This document shows positions 1 through 14,642 of a stretch of DNA of 64,000 nt, one piece after another (the stretch's first letter is position 1; the number at the start of each line of letters is the position of its first letter). The position numbers were made by a program, and so were the translations under genes. Origin of the DNA: Octopus vulgaris (lineage: Eukaryota); NCBI GenBank assembly GCA_951406725.2, contig OX597834.1, forward strand, positions 42,842,001 to 42,906,000, given 5' to 3'. The notes beneath the pieces were generated by a model. That model saw only the letters and a program-made list of their open reading frames with translations, made no database searches and was not told where the DNA came from.

Positions 1-246
1 AAACTTGTCCCTTCTGTGTTGTCTTTTTTCTGTTTTCTTGCTTCATATTACAGAGAGAGAAAGAGAAAGAGAGAGAGAGGGGGGAAGGAAAGAGAGAGAG
101 AAAAGGGAGAGAGAGAGACAGAGCGAGAGAGAGACAGTGCGAGAGAAGGAGATGTATATAGATAAATAGATCTATCTAGAAAGATATTTATTAGTATCAT
201 ACGGTTTTTGTTTTACTTCAAACATATCTACTTACATACAGACGCG

Positions 247-299
<53 letters not shown>

Positions 300-387
300 A
301 CACGCACAAATACACACACATACGAAGAACTATTTTTCCGGTTGCTTATATACATCAAAATACGCACACGAATACGTACATTTATTC

Positions 388-420
388 TTATTAATATTAT
401 CGTTATTATTATTATTATTA

Positions 421-499
<79 letters not shown>

Positions 500-500
500 C
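388..500. repeat. (TTA)n/(TAA)n microsatellite
   Basis: Near-pure ATT run; source of the poly-I/poly-L ORFs at 208-617. Confidence 0.97.
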
Positions 501-840
501 CTGACGTTTTTCAGAAATCTATCAGCTTTATTTTCGGTCATCAAAAGTTTCACTGTTCATTCTACACCACGTGGGAATTCCATAAGAATCCAACTAGCAG
601 AGCTGTCTTGTTGGTAAACATCAACCAAACTTCCAAACGCATAATTTCGTCTCGGTAAAACTTTGCACGTCTCCGAATTCCTAGAAGTGACACTTCGACT
701 TAATCCCCCAAGAACATCTGTAATATGATGTCAGCAAAAATACTGAAACAGTTCTTCCCTTGATATTTACCATTTCAGGGCCCGTTTCTGGTCTACGGCT
801 AAATTTGATGCTACCAAATAGATGATGTCTTTATAATCTT
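501..840 (-). mobile_element. Old, heavily decayed R4/Dong-like non-LTR retrotransposon 3' fragment
   Basis: Minus-strand translation gives SRRPE...VNIKGRT and TNKTALL, resembling the RRPD and QKTALLG motifs of the restriction-like endonuclease region; its 3' end runs into the (TAA)n tract. Weak similarity only. Confidence 0.4.
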
Positions 841-942
841 GTCACTTTGACCAACTAGGTAGAGTTTTCTGACATCCGGTAGATGTACATATTACCGCCT
901 GCTTATCTATCTCTGTGTCTCTGCCTGCTGCCTATCTATCTA

Positions 943-1020
<78 letters not shown>

Positions 1021-1147
1021 CCTACCTATCTATCTATTTATCTAACAATACACATGTAGAAAGTACACAGAGTTTTTTATGCATAATACGCACACATACA
1101 CCAGTTCACTTATGCAAAGACACGAACACATAGAGACACAGGCACGC

Positions 1148-1218
<71 letters not shown>

Positions 1219-1254
1219 CATTATTATTTCTAAATCTCTCAAAGAGCGATATTC

Positions 1255-1510
1255 AGTAAAGACTATTTGCCAACATAATGTGGCAAATAGGGACGACTGT
1301 TACTGTTCTTTATCCCCAGGAAATATCTTTTTTAGCAGTCTAAATGACAGAATATCTGTGTCCTTATATTTTCGAACAGGGTGTCCATCACCCCAATCCA
1401 GCACAAAGCCCTGTTCGAAGATATAAGGACACATGTTTCCGGGGGTTAAACAACAGTAGCAGTCGTCCCCTCCGGGACAGTCACATTATGTTGGCAAATA
1501 GTCCTTAACT
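1255..1510. mobile_element. Foldback / MITE-like palindromic element
   Basis: Perfect 22-bp IR gactatttgccaacataatgtg (1261-1282) / cacattatgttggcaaatagtc (1482-1503), plus inner IR blocks gggacgactgttactgtt / aacagtagcagtcgtccc and gtgtccttatattttcgaacaggg / ccctgttcgaagatataaggacac. Confidence 0.8.
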
Positions 1511-1522
1511 ATACATATACAT

Positions 1523-1569
<47 letters not shown>

Positions 1570-2239
1570 CTTCGAAACGTAGAGTAGATGAAACCATAGC
1601 GACTGAAGAAGGGTTTTTTCTTTGTGTTAATTGTCGTGTACTCTATTTTTTTGTTGTTTAAAAAAATGTCCAGTTCCTTGGGTTTGTGTCTATGTTTTCG
1701 TTTCTCATTGTGTTCGACGTCTGTTTGGTGTCCTGTACTCATATATGCGTGTATATGTACATGTAGAGGTAGGTACGTACATATATGTTTATATATGTGC
1801 ATATGTTTTATTTATTAATATATATATATATATATATATGTTTCTCTGTGTGTGTATGTGCTAGTAATTTGTTATAAAATCAGGCAGTACAAGTTGAATT
1901 TAATCCTACCTATAAAGACAAGGGTTCCCTGAAAAGTGCGAATATCTTCGGTGAATCAGTTATTAAATAAGGAATTAAAAAAAAAAATGAAGAAACAGCT
2001 AGATTACTGATGATGAAAAATTCCCGTTGTTGTAATACCATCGTACAATATTAATTTTTGGTAATAATCTAGGTAGCATGCAGCTTCTAAAACAGAATAT
2101 CGGGGTGATTCTTGAAGCTGTGAAACTAGCCATGGCTGCCTCCAAATAGATGGTTTCTTTATAATCAAGTTCCTTTCACCAACTGAGTAGAACTTTCTGA
2201 CATCCCTCAGTAAAACTCTGGAGTACCATTCTGATCGCA

Positions 2240-2770
2240 ATGTCACTCAAGGTTTGTTGGCAGGAATTCCAGGACACGCCAGTCATATCCACAAGGCCGT
2301 CAATTGTTCGGTGACGGTTCTCCAAGACCAGTTCATGAATTTTCAAGATGTTTTCATTCGTTCTGGACATCGACGATCGATCTGTACGAGGTTGGTACTC
2401 AGGCGAAAAGTGACCCTTCCTAAAGCGTGGAAACCACTCGTAAACTTGTGCTTTGCGTATGGCGGCGTCCCCGTAAGCTGTTTGAAACATGACAGCTGTT
2501 TTGGCCACCGTTTTCCCACAGCATCTGACAGAATTTCACGGAAGCACACTGTTCCTTCGATTCAGCCATCACAAAACTCCACGAACAGGGGACAAACACT
2601 GCAAAACAAAAACAAAAACGCGTTACGTGGCAGTACAACACTCCTGGACGACGTCCGTCGGGAGACGGATAGCTGAGCGTCGTATCATGTGGTCACTAGC
2701 GGTGGAAGCTTGAACTACAGCGCGCTTGTCCCACAGAGAACTTTTCCAGTTACTTTCGGGTTTCCCCTAG
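2240..2770 (-). mobile_element. Mariner transposon 5' fragment: candidate TIR plus frameshifted N-terminal HTH region of the transposase
   Basis: ATG at 2569 (-) gives MAESKEQCASVKFC, then after a frameshift KTAVMFQTAYGDAAIRKAQVYEWFPRFRKG...PRTDRSSMSRTNENILKIHELVLENRHRTIDGLVDMTGVSWNSCQQTL, a typical mariner (Mos1/Hsmar-like) N-terminus. Mariner-like TIR candidate aggggaaacccgaaagtaactggaaaag near 2741-2769. The catalytic domain is absent. Confidence 0.9.
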
Positions 2771-3240
2771 AATAAACTCCTTCGTTCACAGGCATTTTCA
2801 GGTGGCTTACGATTAAGTTTTTCAATCTATTTTTCTGCACATGTGCATACATTTCCGCTGTTCATGTAAACAATCATTTAAATACCAGCAACGCGTTCTA
2901 GCGTTCTGCACATTATCCGTTACATAAACTCATATTTCTATTACACAGATCAATTTTCATTTTCATCGTGTGTGTGTGTGTGTGTGTGTGTCTGTATGAA
3001 TGCACGTATATTTATATATTTATTTTTATAAACTAATACACATACAAATACATACATATAAATATGAATATGTATCTTACGGATATATGTGTGTGTTAAT
3101 TATAGCATAAGACACAATTTTTATACACATATATTCATATTATACACATATTTACATGTAATATATTCAGATATACAAATTTCTGCACGCACACATCTAC
3201 ATTTACATAAACGCCAAAATTCCAACAATCAGTAGATTAC

Positions 3241-3310
<70 letters not shown>

Positions 3311-3360
3311 GTTTGTCTGTCTGTCTGTCTACATAGGTGTATATATATATATATATATAT

Positions 3361-3438
<78 letters not shown>

Positions 3439-3443
3439 TATAC

Positions 3444-3484
<41 letters not shown>

Positions 3485-4068
3485 CACATATATACACGCA
3501 TATATATATATATATATATATGCATGAATGTATGTATGTATGTAGGTAGGTAGGGAGGGAGGGGGTAAGGATTAAGGTGAATCTCTACGTAAGTTATTTA
3601 AAATGTTCCTATAATTATCTTATCAAATTATCTTTCATAATTTTCTTGTTTTTCTCTTGTTGTTGTTGTTTTAATTGCTCTACATGATATTCCAGTCATT
3701 TAGTATGACCTGACACGATTGTTCGTGTTTCAATACAATTTGGAAAAATAATTGTTAAAATATAATTACTGGTAAATAAACTATAATTAGCAATTAAGTA
3801 TGCTTGAAATCTCTCATTCTCTTCCTCCTCGTTTCTCGCAATCTACCAAACTCTGAGAGTTAATTTGGTGACATTTTGTTTTTGTGTATTCTTTCTTATT
3901 GTTTAGCTCGAGGCCAATAACTTATGAAGCAGAGTCCTATGTTCGTAATTGTTCCAACGGATAACATCCTAATTTGTTTTGTTTTTTTCTCCCTACGTTA
4001 TACAATTTCATTTTCCCTGTTTTAATTGTGATTTCTGAAAAGAATTAGCTGCTATTTCTAGAAGTGTT

Positions 4069-4501
4069 CAGGTGCAGGCTTTGCTGTGTGGTAAGAAGCT
4101 TACTTCCCAACTACATAGTTCCGAGTTCAGTCTCACTGCGTGGCATCTTGGGCAAGTGTCTACTACTAAAGCCATGTAAGTGGGTTTGGGAAGAGGGAAA
4201 CTGAAAGAAGCCCGTCGCGCGCGCGCGTGTGTGTATACATATTTGTGTATGTGTGGATGGTTGCGAGTGTGTGTCTCTGTTTGACCCAACACAACACCGC
4301 TTGATAACCGGTGTCCCTGTGTTTACGTTCCCGAAAATTAGCGTTTCAACAAAACGGAACGATAAAAATAAGCACCAGGCCTTACAAAAAAACCCGCAAA
4401 AACAAAGTGTTATGAACTGAGGTCGATGGGTTTGAGAAAAGTTCTGCAAGGATGTGCCCCAGCATGGCCGTAGTCTAATGACTGAAACAAGATAAAAGAT
4501 G
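4069..4501 (+). mobile_element. tRNA-derived SINE family A (CORE-like segment, central microsatellite)
   Basis: Head gctgtgtggtaagaagcttacttccc...gagttcagtctcac, CORE-like catcttgggcaagtgtct, tail ccagcatggccgtagtctaatgactgaaacaagataaaag; matches more than 10 other copies in the window. Confidence 0.88.
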
Positions 4502-4852
4502 CCACCAGGGGACCTTTTTTGTTGTTTCTGTTGTAGTAGGCGCTGTCGCTGTGGTGAGGTCAATAGTTGACTGCAAGGCAGCCCTGATTAATCGCTCCCT
4601 ATAATCAATGACAATCTATGCATGACCATTCACTTTTTATCTCAAACATGAATTACACGATGAGCCAAGCTGTATCGACCCCTTTGCCTTTCCTTTGGAA
4701 ACATCGGTGACGTGGAGAGGTGAGGCAGGTATGCTTAGGCGTCTGTTGGTCTTCTATAAAACAACCTTGCTCGGACTTCTGTCTCAGAGAGCATCTGTTA
4801 TAGGTACAATCGCATGGTCATTCATGACCGAAGGGGTTCTTTATCTTTGATA

Positions 4853-5319
<467 letters not shown>

Positions 5320-5384
5320 GTATGTATGTATGTATGTATGTATTTAGAAATGCGTCCCTTCTACGGAACGGCGCAGTGACGCAC

Positions 5385-5783
5385 ACCAGTCTCCCGCATT
5401 TGGCCACGCCGCTTCACTCGACGAGGGTTCCACTTGATCTGATCAGTGGAAGAGCTGCTCGTGAAATTAACGTGCAAGTGGCTGAGCACTCCACATTCAC
5501 GTGTGCCCTTCAAGTAATTCCCAGGGAGAATCAGCGTGACACAGAATGTGACAAGGCTGGCGCTTTGAAATACTGGCACAACAGAAACAGGAAGAAAGAG
5601 AGAGAGAATTTTGTGGTGAAAGAATACAGCAGGGTTCGGCACCCCCACCCATCTACTGCTGGAGCCTCCTGGAGTTTTATTTGTTTTTACTCAATAAACA
5701 CTTATAACGCCTGGTCTGGGAATCGAAACCGCGATCTTATGACGGCGAATCTGCTGCCCAGACCACTGGGCCATTGCGTCTTC
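5385..5783 (-). mobile_element. tRNA-derived SINE, head H1 + tail T2
   Basis: Minus-strand head gacgcaatggcccagtggt...ggtttcgattcccagacc (Pol III A/B boxes), as at 29486 and 33664; tail gatcagtggaagagctgctcgtgaaattaacgtgcaagtggctgagcac shared with 36250 and 37765. Confidence 0.85.
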
Positions 5784-6323
5784 ACACACACACACACACA
5801 TACATATGTTTACACAAGCACCTAATCGTCTCACTCATAAATAATAGAAACGCACTTTATTGTACAAAACGCGCACGCACGCTCTGTCTGTCTCTCTCTC
5901 TCTCTCTCTTACACACACACATACACACATGCACAAACGCATTAAAATGCAGACATGTGCATATGAAATACACGCCGATGCAATCACATTTGTTGCAATC
6001 TCGCCTCACGTATAAAAGGACAATTCGAATAGTTTTATTCTTTTCGCTCATCCACACACACAGCGCCACACACGTATTCACAGGTGAGTATATTGTCGAA
6101 GATGTGCGTAGCTGCAACTTGTATGAGCTTATCTCTCTTCCCTCACACTCTCACTCCTTCTCAGCAAAGACCAAAGCCACACACGCGTGCGCGCGAACGT
6201 ATTATGTATTAAGATACGTGTATGCATATATGTGTATTTATATCCGTGTGCAAACCTGTGTGTATTAATATGTGCGTTTTTCGTCAGGAGAACCACACTG
6301 ACCGAATAGAATACCCATCAACA

Positions 6324-6364
<41 letters not shown>

Positions 6365-6615
6365 CATATCTGTGTGCGTATATATGTATATATATGTACA
6401 TATATACTCACACATACATATATATATGTATATAATATTAATTACATATATATGAGTGTGTGTTTACATATATTTATATGCATGCATCTATACATCTCTC
6501 TCTCTCTCTCTCTCTCTCTATTTATATATATATAAATATGCATATATATGCATATTAATATGTATGTATATATATTTACATGTGTACGACTGTATATGGA
6601 GATAGGTTGGTGTAT

Positions 6616-6646
<31 letters not shown>

Positions 6647-7406
6647 CACACACATACACACACATATACATAAAGAGAGAGAGAGAGAGACAGAGAGAGA
6701 GAGGGAGTGCAGAATGAGAGATTGAAAAATATATAAGTTGAGAGACAGACACAAAGAGAGATAGTGTGTGTATATCAATTCACAGATACACCCACATCAT
6801 AAAGATATATTAATATATAAATACATATACACAGATGCATATATATATGTAAATACATATATATCTATATCTATATCTATATATATATACATATGTACAT
6901 ATATATACATATATATGATGTCTTAATATGGCCATAGACTATATATAGCATAGACTAACTGAATTACAGAACAATCCAAATTATATATATATATTACAAT
7001 AAAATATCTATTTCTTTTTTTCGTCTTGAATTATTTTCGAGCTATCTCAGTCTCTGTATTATATTAGGTTACAACGCTCCAAACCCAGATTAGAGAACGT
7101 TCTCAATGATTGCAAGTTTACAATGGATTGCTGTTGTATTTTCATATCTACCTTCATGGACACACGCACACACACACACACACATACAAACACGCACACA
7201 CACTTGCAAACACTTGCTCACATAGAGACACAAATGTGTAGTATTTACAGTAACGTACACTCATATCTATACATCAATATATGAATATGTAAACATACAC
7301 ACACACACGCACTGACACACACACACACACACACAGAGACATACAGGCACACACACACATATTAAATATATATGTTTATATATCTATAAGCACATGCATT
7401 TGTGTG

Positions 7407-7459
<53 letters not shown>

Positions 7460-7471
7460 TACATATATATG

Positions 7472-7518
<47 letters not shown>

Positions 7519-7628
7519 CATTTATATATATATACATACATATATATATAGACGTACATCTGTATCTATCTCAAACTGTTTCTCTCTCACTCACTTACAT
7601 ACATGCATACATACACACACACACACAT

Positions 7629-7661
<33 letters not shown>

Positions 7662-8438
7662 ATATACATGTATCATACTAATGTATATATGTGTATATAT
7701 GTACTTATGTATGTATTTATCTGTATAAATATAAGCGTGTGCATATGTTTTTTTTTTTTGTGCGTGTGTGTGTTTGTGTGTCCGTGCGTGTGAGAGACTT
7801 GTCTACACTCACCGTCAGACCCACAACACACCACATATGAAAATTACTCCCGCAGCCCGTCTGTAATTATTAATTTAAGATCAATTCAAGATATCTCGAA
7901 GCATTTTCTTGACAATACCGTACTGAACTTTATTATATCTAGACTAATTTTTTTCTGCTAAAATTAGCTGAAGAAATAGTAAAGTATAGCATTATAGTCT
8001 AGAATATATGCCAAATGGTACCAACAAAAGGAGGAAGCAGCAAAAGTGGAGAGGAGGAAAGAAAGGGACGCAATCGATATTTCAATAAGAACTAACATAT
8101 ATATATGATCTCATTTATTTATGCGTGTAATTAAAACGGTGTATAGAAATAGATCTTCTTTGATTGAAAATACTCCTCCCATACTTAGCACTCCATGTGT
8201 GTGTGAGTGTGTGCCTGTGTGTGTGTATATATATATAAATATATATATATATATGTGTGTGGGGGGGGGAGCGTGTGTGCATAGAAATACACACAGACAA
8301 ATTAAATATGCGTACTAGATATTGATGTGTGTTAATCTGAGCCTGTGTGTCTGTGTGTCCGTGCGTCGTTTCTGCATTTATGTCGATACACGTATGTTTG
8401 TGTGTGTGTCTGTGTGTGTGTATATATATCTATCTATC

Positions 8439-8475
<37 letters not shown>

Positions 8476-8545
8476 ATATATGTATATATATATATATAAT
8501 TACACATATATATACACACATACACAAACACACACACATATATAT

Positions 8546-8598
<53 letters not shown>

Positions 8599-9035
8599 TA
8601 TATTTAAGATTTTTTTCTTTCATACACAATAACGTTGAACATGTGAAGTATTTGTTTTGCTTCAGTTACAGGTAAATTTTGAATTAAGAAGACTTTTAGA
8701 AATTCTTAGAACTTCAAAGTAATCCAATCATTTTGCTTCAGTACTATAACTTGGTACTGCTGTTAAAATACATAATATTTACTCTACCTGCAAGAACATT
8801 TAGGGTAATCTCATAGTTCCTTGGAATCTTGATTTGATTGTTTCTCAGGGATCACCTATAATTCTTTTCCGATCGTTGAGGGAACACGATCTTCCTTGGA
8901 AAGATTATAATTTTGAGCTGAAAAATTTTAGGGAACAAAATGAAAAGTAGACAAGAATTAATACATATATACATGAATGCGTACAACTATATTTATATAT
9001 ATATATATATACATATTTTCATAGCGTTTTTCCGA

Positions 9036-9109
9036 TGGCCAGATAACTGAAGAGATGTTAGCGTGGATTTCCACCTCGGTATCCAAAACTCAGAGTTTTA
9101 TCGTGGCTA
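9036..9109 (+). ncRNA. Decayed type I hammerhead ribozyme motif
   Basis: tggccagataa-CTGAAGA-gatg...tatcc-AAAA-CTCAGAG-TT-ttatcgtggcta: 11-bp bulged stem I and intact CUGANGA, but GAAA reads AAAA. Confidence 0.6.
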
Positions 9110-9199
9110 CCGAATAATTGTCATATATTACATTTACAGATAAATTCCTCTATTTACATAATATCAAGGTATCTTTCTTTTGTTATCTTACCGTTTTTA

Positions 9200-9276
<77 letters not shown>

Positions 9277-10390
9277 TCATATGCATTTTATATGTATACA
9301 GTCACAAATAATCTATACGTTGCAGTACATATCCTCACTGTCTTGGGCGCTAATGCATAATTGATCATTTTTCATGTGCATTCTTCAAAGTTTTATTAAG
9401 TATTGAATCGAGATAAACTCTACATTCACAGGCATTATCTCATAAGTCGGTCCTGCGGTTAAAGTACACATTCCACATACTCTCTGCCTGCAAAAACACT
9501 TCGGTTAATCTCCCAGTTCCTGTCATTTTGTTTTGCCGTTTCTCGGAGATCAATTACAAATTATTCTAATCGTTAAGAAAATAACAGCTCTTAGTTATTC
9601 AAAGATAGGAAAATCTCACTGAGAAATTAATCTCTCTGACCTAATTTGCATAACACAATAATCGTTTCAAATGTGTATTAATAATTTGTAAGAAAATTAT
9701 GGATTTTCAGAGTAACTTAGGAATGGGGTAGTTATTATACATAAAATTTATTCGGGTTACACAAGATGAATTTCATTTCCACTTAAAGTTCTGTATGCTA
9801 TAAATACTTATAAGCGATTGTTATTTCTGGGATCAAGAAATTTAGTAGCTAGTCTCTCATGAAACCTAAATATAACACTGAAACTAGTTTAGTCGATAAG
9901 CGTTTTTCTAGTCAGAAAGAGAGAGCTATATTTTACAATTCGGTTAAAGTTTTGTACTTGGTAAGAACACATCCCAGTAACACATCTCACCTTATATTTA
10001 TTTATCGAAGTGTCTGAGACACCGAAGTCACTATTTCATTGGGACTTGTAGATCAAACAGTTATGACATCATGTAGTGCACATATTAAGTATGAATATAA
10101 GTATTAAGTAAGTTATGGCCATCTTGAAACAACTCTCGAGATAAGACTTTACACAATTCTGCCGTTATGCTTTGCCTTTTTCTTTATTTAGTAATCTGCA
10201 CTTTGTTGTCCATGTAAATATACGTCTAAAGCCTACATTTGTTCATTTACATTGTTACTGACGGTCAAACATTTAATAATAACTATCTAGGTGTCTCTCT
10301 GTCTCTCTGTCTATCTATCTACACACACACACACACACATGTATATATTCAGTACTATCAGCGGCAAGCAGAGTATAGACACGAGTGAAC

Positions 10391-10456
<66 letters not shown>

Positions 10457-10863
10457 CATACATATATGTATGTGTGTGATGTGTGTAGGTAAAAATATCT
10501 CAAATAATATATACAGATCATAATTGCTCAGTTAGGACCTACTACCTAATCCATCTTGCAATGTAGGTAGGATGATTCAGAGCAGGTATATATTATTGGC
10601 CCTCGGCAAAATTATAAGAAACGCATAAATTATTGCAAAATTAGGACGCCGGAACAAAAGGAAATATGGCGCAAAATGTACTTGGTAGATAATCAGCCCA
10701 TACGAAATATTAACATAATCAAATGTTTGTTAGTCAAGACAACGTCGACTTTATTTTAAACACATCCATTAGACATGTCGTTTCTCAATCTTTTGTACAC
10801 GTGAAAAGTAAAACTGATTTAAACTGCTATTTCTAGCAACTTGAACAACCACGAAGAAATTTC

Positions 10864-11290
10864 TCCGCAGGAGTGACTGCATGGTAAGAGGATTGCTTTC
10901 CAACCACATGGTTCCGTGTTCAGTCCCATTTCGTAGCACCTTGTGGCACCTTGGTCGAATATGCTCTAATATAGACTCGGACCGACCAAAGCGTTGTGAG
11001 TGCATTTCGTAGACGGAAACTGAAAGAAACCCGTTGTGTATATATAAGTGTATGTATATATATATATACATGTATTTGTGTCTCTGTGTTCGTCCCTCCC
11101 GCGACATCGCTCGATAACCGATGTAAGTGTGTTTACGTCCCCGTAACTTAGGGGCTCGGAAAAAGACACCGATACGTAAGTTTTAGGCTTGCAAAGAATA
11201 AGTCCTGAGGTCGACATGTTCTACTAAAGGTGATGCTCCAGCATGGTCGCAGTCAAATGACTGAAAGGAGTAAAAGAATAAAAGAATTAA
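10864..11290 (+). mobile_element. SINE family A, near full length
   Basis: cgcaggagtgactgcatggtaagagg... through ...ccagcatggtcgcagtcaaatgactgaaaggagtaaaagaata. Confidence 0.88.
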
Positions 11291-11604
11291 AAAATACCGT
11301 AGAATTTAGCCCATTACTGAACCATAACCAGCGTTCACATCAATATATTTGCTGTTGCTATAAGCTCAGCAGCCATTAGCAACGGATGACTAAATACACT
11401 CTAAATTAGATTCAAACTAAGCTTGGTCATGCTTTAATGAGAAAATCTATTAGCTCTATATTGGACGGGATGTTTTTCAGCATTTTAAGTTGTGTTTTTC
11501 GCAGTGAGATAACGTGCGTACGTACGAATGTGCGCATGTGCAGACTTGTGCGTGTGGGTGTGTGTGCGTGTCTGCGTGTGTGTGCGTGTGTACGTGTGGC
11601 TATG

Positions 11605-11669
<65 letters not shown>

Positions 11670-11749
11670 GTATATATGTATATATGTATGTATGTATACA
11701 TTTATATAATGATATTTATAAATACATATGTAATAATATATACATACAT

Positions 11750-11805
<56 letters not shown>

Positions 11806-12396
11806 ATGTGTGTGTGTGTACACATATAAATTTATACTGATTATTGCAGTTATTATTTATATAAATTATATGTTATCTATACAAACATAAATGTTATGAA
11901 AACAAAAACAAAAACAAAAAGTAAGAATTAATGAAAATCATAATCCGAACAAAAAAACGCAAACAAAGAAAACCCCCAAAACAAATTGCACAAAAAAGCA
12001 TACAAAAAAAAAGGCCCACATTTGCACATATACAATAAATGGGTCGTAATTGTAAAATGATTCATTTATATATATTTTAGATAAAAAAAATGTTGTAAGT
12101 CAATTTGAGCGATTTTATCGTCTAAAATGTTATATAAATCATACAATTATAAATTTCATTAGAACTTTTTTGTTATAGTTGCTAAACTGCTAATGGTGCA
12201 GTTTACGCACGCATGTGTGTGTGTATGTATGTATGTGCATGTATGTACGTATGCATGTGCGTGTGGCTAGATGCATGTATGCGTATTTAACTATAATTGT
12301 CTCTGTATCAATCTATTTATCTCTGTTTCTCTCTCTCTCTATCTATTCATCTGTCCGTACCAGTCTGTCTCTCTGTCTATCTATCTATCCATCCTA

Positions 12397-12441
<45 letters not shown>

Positions 12442-12779
12442 CATCCGTCTATCTGTCTGTCTGTCTGTCTGTTTATCTAACGATCGAACTATCAGTCTAT
12501 ACAGCCATCAATGTACATATTTACACACGCACACACACGCACGCACGCACTCTCGTACACACACACACATATAAATTATAAACTTGAGTACTTTATATTT
12601 AGTCGTATGATAACGAACCGCTCACATGTACATATATAATATACCATATACAAATTATGACAGTTCCATACGCGCCAACACACTCACAGACACACTCACT
12701 AAATACACATTCATATATACAGGCTAAACACGCACGCGTACACACACGCACTAAGTTACACACACACACACACATAAAC

Positions 12780-12812
<33 letters not shown>

Positions 12813-12987
12813 ACACACACACACAAACACACACACACATACTAACGAAATACTCATTCCTGTCTGCATGATGATAAGTCTTTTGAAGCACAAATAGACA
12901 TAGATGGCAAAGAAATATTGAAGATGCGCTTGGAGTTAATTCAAATGTTTATTTACATTTACTTCCTCGGTTTCGCAAATTCATGTA

Positions 12988-13192
12988 CGGCAATTCCACC
13001 ACTATCGTGAGTCTTACGTTCCAAAACCTCCCATAGAAATAATTAAAGCCTAAAAGAATATAGAAACCTATCGGCTGCAAAAACCCGCGTTATTCTGAGT
13101 AATCCCAGTATAAATTTACATATATTAGCCTGAAAAATCCGCGATGTACTGAGTGCGCGTTAGGTGAACCGCGATATGGCGAGGGATTACTG
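12988..13192. mobile_element. pogo/Tigger-like MITE
   Basis: Right end ccgcgatatggcgagggattactg|TA and degenerate left end TA|cggcaattccaccactatcgtg; a related right end occurs at ~29250-29301. Confidence 0.6.
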
Positions 13193-13244
13193 TACATCAG
13201 GTATAATGTCTGATGGAAGGAATCAAGGCTATAGTTGCCTAGAC

Positions 13245-13320
13245 CTGTGGTTCTCAGCAAATTTCTTTTTACCTATGGACCTCTTTGAATGTCGTTTTAC
13301 TCGTGTGAGCTCTCATAATC

Positions 13321-13351
<31 letters not shown>

Positions 13352-13529
13352 TGTATGTATGTATGTATGTATGTATGTATGTATATATGTATGTATGTAT
13401 GTATGAATGTATGTATGTATGTACTTATGTATGTGAGTGCGGCTAGATGCAAGTATGCGTATTTAACTATATCTAACTGTCTCTGTATCAATCTATTTAC
13501 CTCTCTCTCTCTATCTTTCTATCTATCTG

Positions 13530-13615
<86 letters not shown>

Positions 13616-14039
13616 AATCCATCTATGTGCTATATTTTCTATAAGTAAATAATATTAGGAACTGCGCAAACACGTTTTTAAAATATATTGTGTATTGTAG
13701 CAGAATGTAGAGGCGCGTGGCTTAGTGGTTAGGGTTACAGCACCATGATCGTAAGACTGTGGTTTCGATTCCTGGATCGGGCGACGCGTTGTGTTCTTGA
13801 GCAAAACACTTCATTTCACGTTGCTCCAGTCCACTCAGCTGACAAAAATGAGTAACGTTACGATGGACTTGCGTCCCGTCCAGCTGGGGAACACATACGC
13901 CATAGAAACCAGGAAACCGGGCCCATGAGCCTGGCTAGGCTTCAAAAGGGCGCATTTATTTATTTTGCTCACAAACTTTAACAAGAAAAATCTTATATGG
14001 GCCCTTAAGGGTTACATGGAGAACGGTTGAGAACCGCTG
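13245..14039. mobile_element. hAT (Charlie-like) non-autonomous element interrupted by microsatellites and a SINE
   Basis: Ends ctgtggttctcagc and gttgagaaccgctg resemble the cagtggttctcaac TIR; no clean 8-bp TSD visible. Confidence 0.45.
13709..13960 (+). mobile_element. tRNA-derived SINE, head H2 + tail T1
   Basis: aggcgcgtggcttagtggttaggg (A box)...ggtttcgattcc (B box), gtgttcttgagcaaaacact, tail cgatggacttgcgtcccgtccagctgg...aaaagggcgca. Confidence 0.88.
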
Positions 14040-14642
14040 TATCTAAGTGTTAAACTGAAATTCGATCCCACAACGCTACCGTTGAAAATCATGGAAATTG
14101 GTTTCTGATCGAGAAAGCGAAAACACATTTTAAAAATGTGTGTTTTCAAAATTTGATTTCTTTACAAAATCACAACCGCGTACACAAACGAACTGATGCA
14201 AAAATACACACAGATACACACACATACACGACGCACCCACTTACACATATGCACACAGAATCGAACAGAAATGCACGCACAGAGACACAGACACACAAAG
14301 AGACACTCACATGCATAAACATGTAAATGAATGTATATATAACATAAAGAAAAGCTTACAATGGTGTACCTGTGTAGTAAGAAGTTTACTTCCCAACCAA
14401 CAGGTTCCGGGTTCAGTTCCACTGCGTGGCAACTGAGATAACCATATGTTTTAATATAACCTCGAATGGCAACCAAGGCCTTATGAATGTGTATTAGAAA
14501 AACACATTTATAAATTTTAATTCTTAATATTACAAAGTATAATTTTTATTCTTAATTTTTAATTCTTAATTTTAGCTTTAATGCTTAATTGTATTGCTTT
14601 TCTTTAAAAGGATATAAAATTAGATATATAATATTTTGAAAT

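Noticed and set aside
1568-1615. cttcgaaacgta...ctgaagaaggg as a permuted hammerhead
   Set aside because: Stem I cannot form; at most a fragment of a Penelope-like terminal repeat.
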